A stretch of 64,000 nt of DNA from contig CM000436.1 of assembly GCA_000165345.1 (NCBI GenBank), forward strand, positions 672,001-736,000. Reading direction: 5' to 3'. The position numbers were made by a program, and so were the translations under genes. The notes under the pieces were generated by a model. It ran no database searches, was not told the DNA's origin, and saw only the letters and a program-made list of their open reading frames with translations. Shown here piece after piece: positions 62,054 to 64,000 of the stretch. Numbering within the stretch: the first letter of the stretch is position 1; each line of letters opens with the position of its first letter.

Positions 62054-63011
62054 ATGTACCTGGATAAGAAAATACTATATTGGTGTACAATTCCCGTTAC
62101 CATATTAGTTTTTTGTGGAGTTATTTTAAGAACAATTCTTCAAACATCCTCGCAAAAAAAGAAAAAGAAAAGGTTGCCTTTTAAGAATGAGAAAAATTTG
62201 AATGATTGCTTGATGTCCACTCAACGCGTGTCTTTGAGAAATCAAGAGTTCCAAAATCACCTCAATAGGAGTGCATTAATAAGGTCTAGAAGATTTTTAA
62301 TTCCAGAAGATTCATTTTTGAAAAGAAAGCTGTTTTATTGTGAACTAGAGAGTGGATATTTTCATAACTCTCCAGAATCTCCAAGCCCATTGGCTGCACT
62401 CTCAAACCCAGGTATGTTTACGTGCTTAATTCTTATGACTTCATAATTTTTCAACAATTTAGACCACTCTGCACTTACAGATATGATGAAAAACCAATTT
62501 GGGTTTCTGATTTTGAATGGAGGGATGGGATACTTAGTCAACACATTATTTTCGGGATTTCTAGTTGTTTATATTCCTTTCCCACTTTCTTATTCATTTA
62601 AGGGAATGCTTCAAAGAGGAATAGAATCAAATCCAAATATAAGCGCCTCATTTTTGTCAGCTCTATCATTTTATTTCATTGCATTACTCTGTTGTGGAGA
62701 GGTTGTTCATCTTTTCCTTTCTATTATTGGGTTTGAAGGAGTTTCAGGTCCGCAAATTGATCTACCAATGATGAATCAGCAAGGTAAGTAAATCATAAAA
62801 TTTTCTTAAAAAAAAAAATTTGCCGTAGTTTCTCCTCTGGGGAATCAAACAGATTACTCTAAGCTCTTTAAAGAAGAGGTAGAGTCATTACAGATTACTG
62901 TAAGTTTTTGATAGATAATTGCAAGGCATTTTAACTTAAATTTACCTACAGCCAATAGAATGCGCGCTAGACCAAATGGAAGAGATGGCAATAAAACTGC
63001 TAGAAATTTGA
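62054..63011 (+). CDS. EMC3: ER membrane protein complex subunit 3 (EMC3/TMEM111 family), four exons
   Basis: The spliced product aligns along its length with EMC3 as recalled. ALIRSRRFLIPEDSFLKRKLFY..ESGYF resembles VLIRSRVL...IPKQSFLTRKYYF..EDGFF. P|D|MMKNQFGFLILNGGMGYLVNTLFSGFLVVYIPFPLSYSFKGMLQRGIE resembles TDMMKGN...[57 protein letters not shown] resembles [24 protein letters not shown]. The junction residues fit the alignment. The stop TGA is at 63009-63011. Confidence 0.85.
62412..62480 (+). other. EMC3 intron 1 (69 nt, phase 1)
   Basis: Donor cca g|gtatgt at 62412 and acceptor gcacttacag| ending at 62480. G+AT gives Asp, then ATG ATG AAA of ORF 62483. Confidence 0.8.
62784..62828 (+). 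other. EMC3 intron 2 (45 nt, phase 1)
   Basis: Donor caa g|gtaagt at 62784 and acceptor ttgccgtag| ending at 62828. G+TT gives Val, then [23 protein letters not shown]. Confidence 0.7.
62900..62951 (+). other. EMC3 intron 3 (52 nt, phase 0)
   Basis: Donor att act|gtaagt at 62900 and acceptor tttacctacag| ending at 62951. The last exon reads [19 protein letters not shown]. Confidence 0.7.
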
Positions 63012-63176
63012 GTTAACGTGTACACGGATTGAATTGCTCTATTTTTCGTGTGCTAGTTAACGAATTTTTTAATTGCTATAAAATACTAACCTATTTCTGT
63101 TTTAACCCCGTTGAATTTTAAAAGCTTCCAAATAACTTTTGAATTGGTGTTTTTTGGATTCAATTGCATGTATAAT

Positions 63177-63182
63177 GGCGCC
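63177..63182. promoter_or_regulatory. GGCGCC core followed by a C-run (atGGCGCCCCCCaaaa) in an intergenic spacer
   Basis: Read directly, in the ~890-nt spacer between the EMC3 stop (63011) and the next ATG (63902). Confidence 0.3.
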
Positions 63183-63901
63183 CCCCAAAACTAATAATTC
63201 CCAATTGCTAACTAAAATTTTAAAAAATGATTTAGTATTTATATATTTAAATGCATAGCTTACGATATATCTAATTTCTTTCTGCATTTTTCACGGCCCT
63301 ATAGCTATTAGAAATTTGAATTTATTTGAATGTGCCAGTAACAAGGAATTAGTAGAACACTATAAAGATGTAAGGGCTTAGACATGTAATGCACGCAGTT
63401 CTTGTCTTGTCTAACTTAACCACACTTTTTATCGAATAAATTGATAAATAATACCCCATTAACGCCATATCGTGGGATAGTTGGAATATTCCATTTAATT
63501 TGAATTTTTGTTCGTTTTATTCATATTAAAACATATTTTGAGGAGATACAATTTACGCTATTCGAGATTGTACACTTTTTAAAGTGAATTGCCAGATTCT
63601 TACTACATTGAATATTTCTGGATAATTCCGGTGAAAAAGTCTAACAACTTATTTTTCAGAAAGCAGTACATATTCTCTAAACTATTAATAACTTTAATAG
63701 CTTTAAACAATTTTCATCTATTGCTTTTGGCGAATCTTGAAATTTGAATAATTTCTAGATCTAAGAGTTTTGCAGTTTGATATAAAGCGTTCGTTATTAA
63801 TCCAATAAAAATTTCAATTTCTGGTAAACTTGAATATTGTATAAGCTAATATTTATATACAAACTTAAAAATAAAAAAAAATATATTTAAAGCTATTAAC
63901 T

Positions 63902-64000
63902 ATGAGCGACAATTTACAATCAGAAAAAATTAATCAAGACTCCAGCCCGAGAGAGTCTAAATTTACCGAAATAAAAATCAATTCTGGTGAAAACCCAGTA
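63902..64000 (+). CDS. Start of a further protein-coding gene, truncated by the window end
   Basis: The ATG at 63902 opens a frame that runs to nt 64000 (MSDNLQSEKINQDSSPRESKFTEIKINSGENPV). Only 33 codons are visible, so support is weak. Confidence 0.35.
   Translation, partial: MSDNLQSEKINQDSSPRESKFTEIKINSGENPV

Noticed and set aside
63102-63287. A 61-aa minus-strand ORF in the spacer after EMC3. Similar small ORFs occur at 34085..34279, 44..253 and 40194..40376 when read as stand-alone genes.
   Set aside because: They are too short and compositionally ordinary for AT-rich DNA. 40194..40376 is better explained as an internal exon of the monooxygenase, and the others have no motifs.

Overview
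This window is AT-rich (about 70% A+T by eye, not computed), very gene-dense eukaryotic nuclear DNA, not prokaryotic. Long uninterrupted ORFs on both strands encode clearly eukaryotic proteins: ISWI remodeler, MLL/SET1-type PHD-SET methyltransferase, ATG3, HRD1, NSE2/MMS21, EMC3, a Qc-SNARE, adrenodoxin reductase, an M16 peptidase and SHMT. Only a few very short GTAAGT...AG introns (45-85 nt) are visible, and spacers range from overlapping stop codons to about 1.1 kb. The gene content, low-complexity inserts and the GGCGCC and TGCATGCA motifs in the spacers suggest an apicomplexan, Cryptosporidium-like genome. That is inference and needs a database search. I support about 29 protein-coding genes. 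Several ORF-track entries begin at TTG or GTG, so I moved them to the first in-frame ATG. Four sets of ORF fragments merge into single genes through mini-introns. I saw no rRNA, tRNA, CRISPR array or transposon. The main finding is two serine hydroxymethyltransferase paralogs on the same strand, 2.2 kb apart, with reciprocal losses. One keeps the PLP-lysine core but lacks the two loops that normally reach into the partner subunit's active site. The other keeps exactly those loops but has lost the PLP lysine, the HGGHLTHG motif and the carboxylate-binding Arg. This fits an obligate heterodimer of enzyme plus pseudoenzyme (prozyme-like). Other notable points are a flavoenzyme neighbourhood where a class A FAD monooxygenase and an adrenodoxin reductase overlap at their stop codons, strong restriction of GGCGCC to intergenic spacers, a 3488-aa unassigned protein, a secreted protein with 17 N-glycosylation sequons, and a perfect (GAA)12(GAT)12 coding microsatellite in ISWI.
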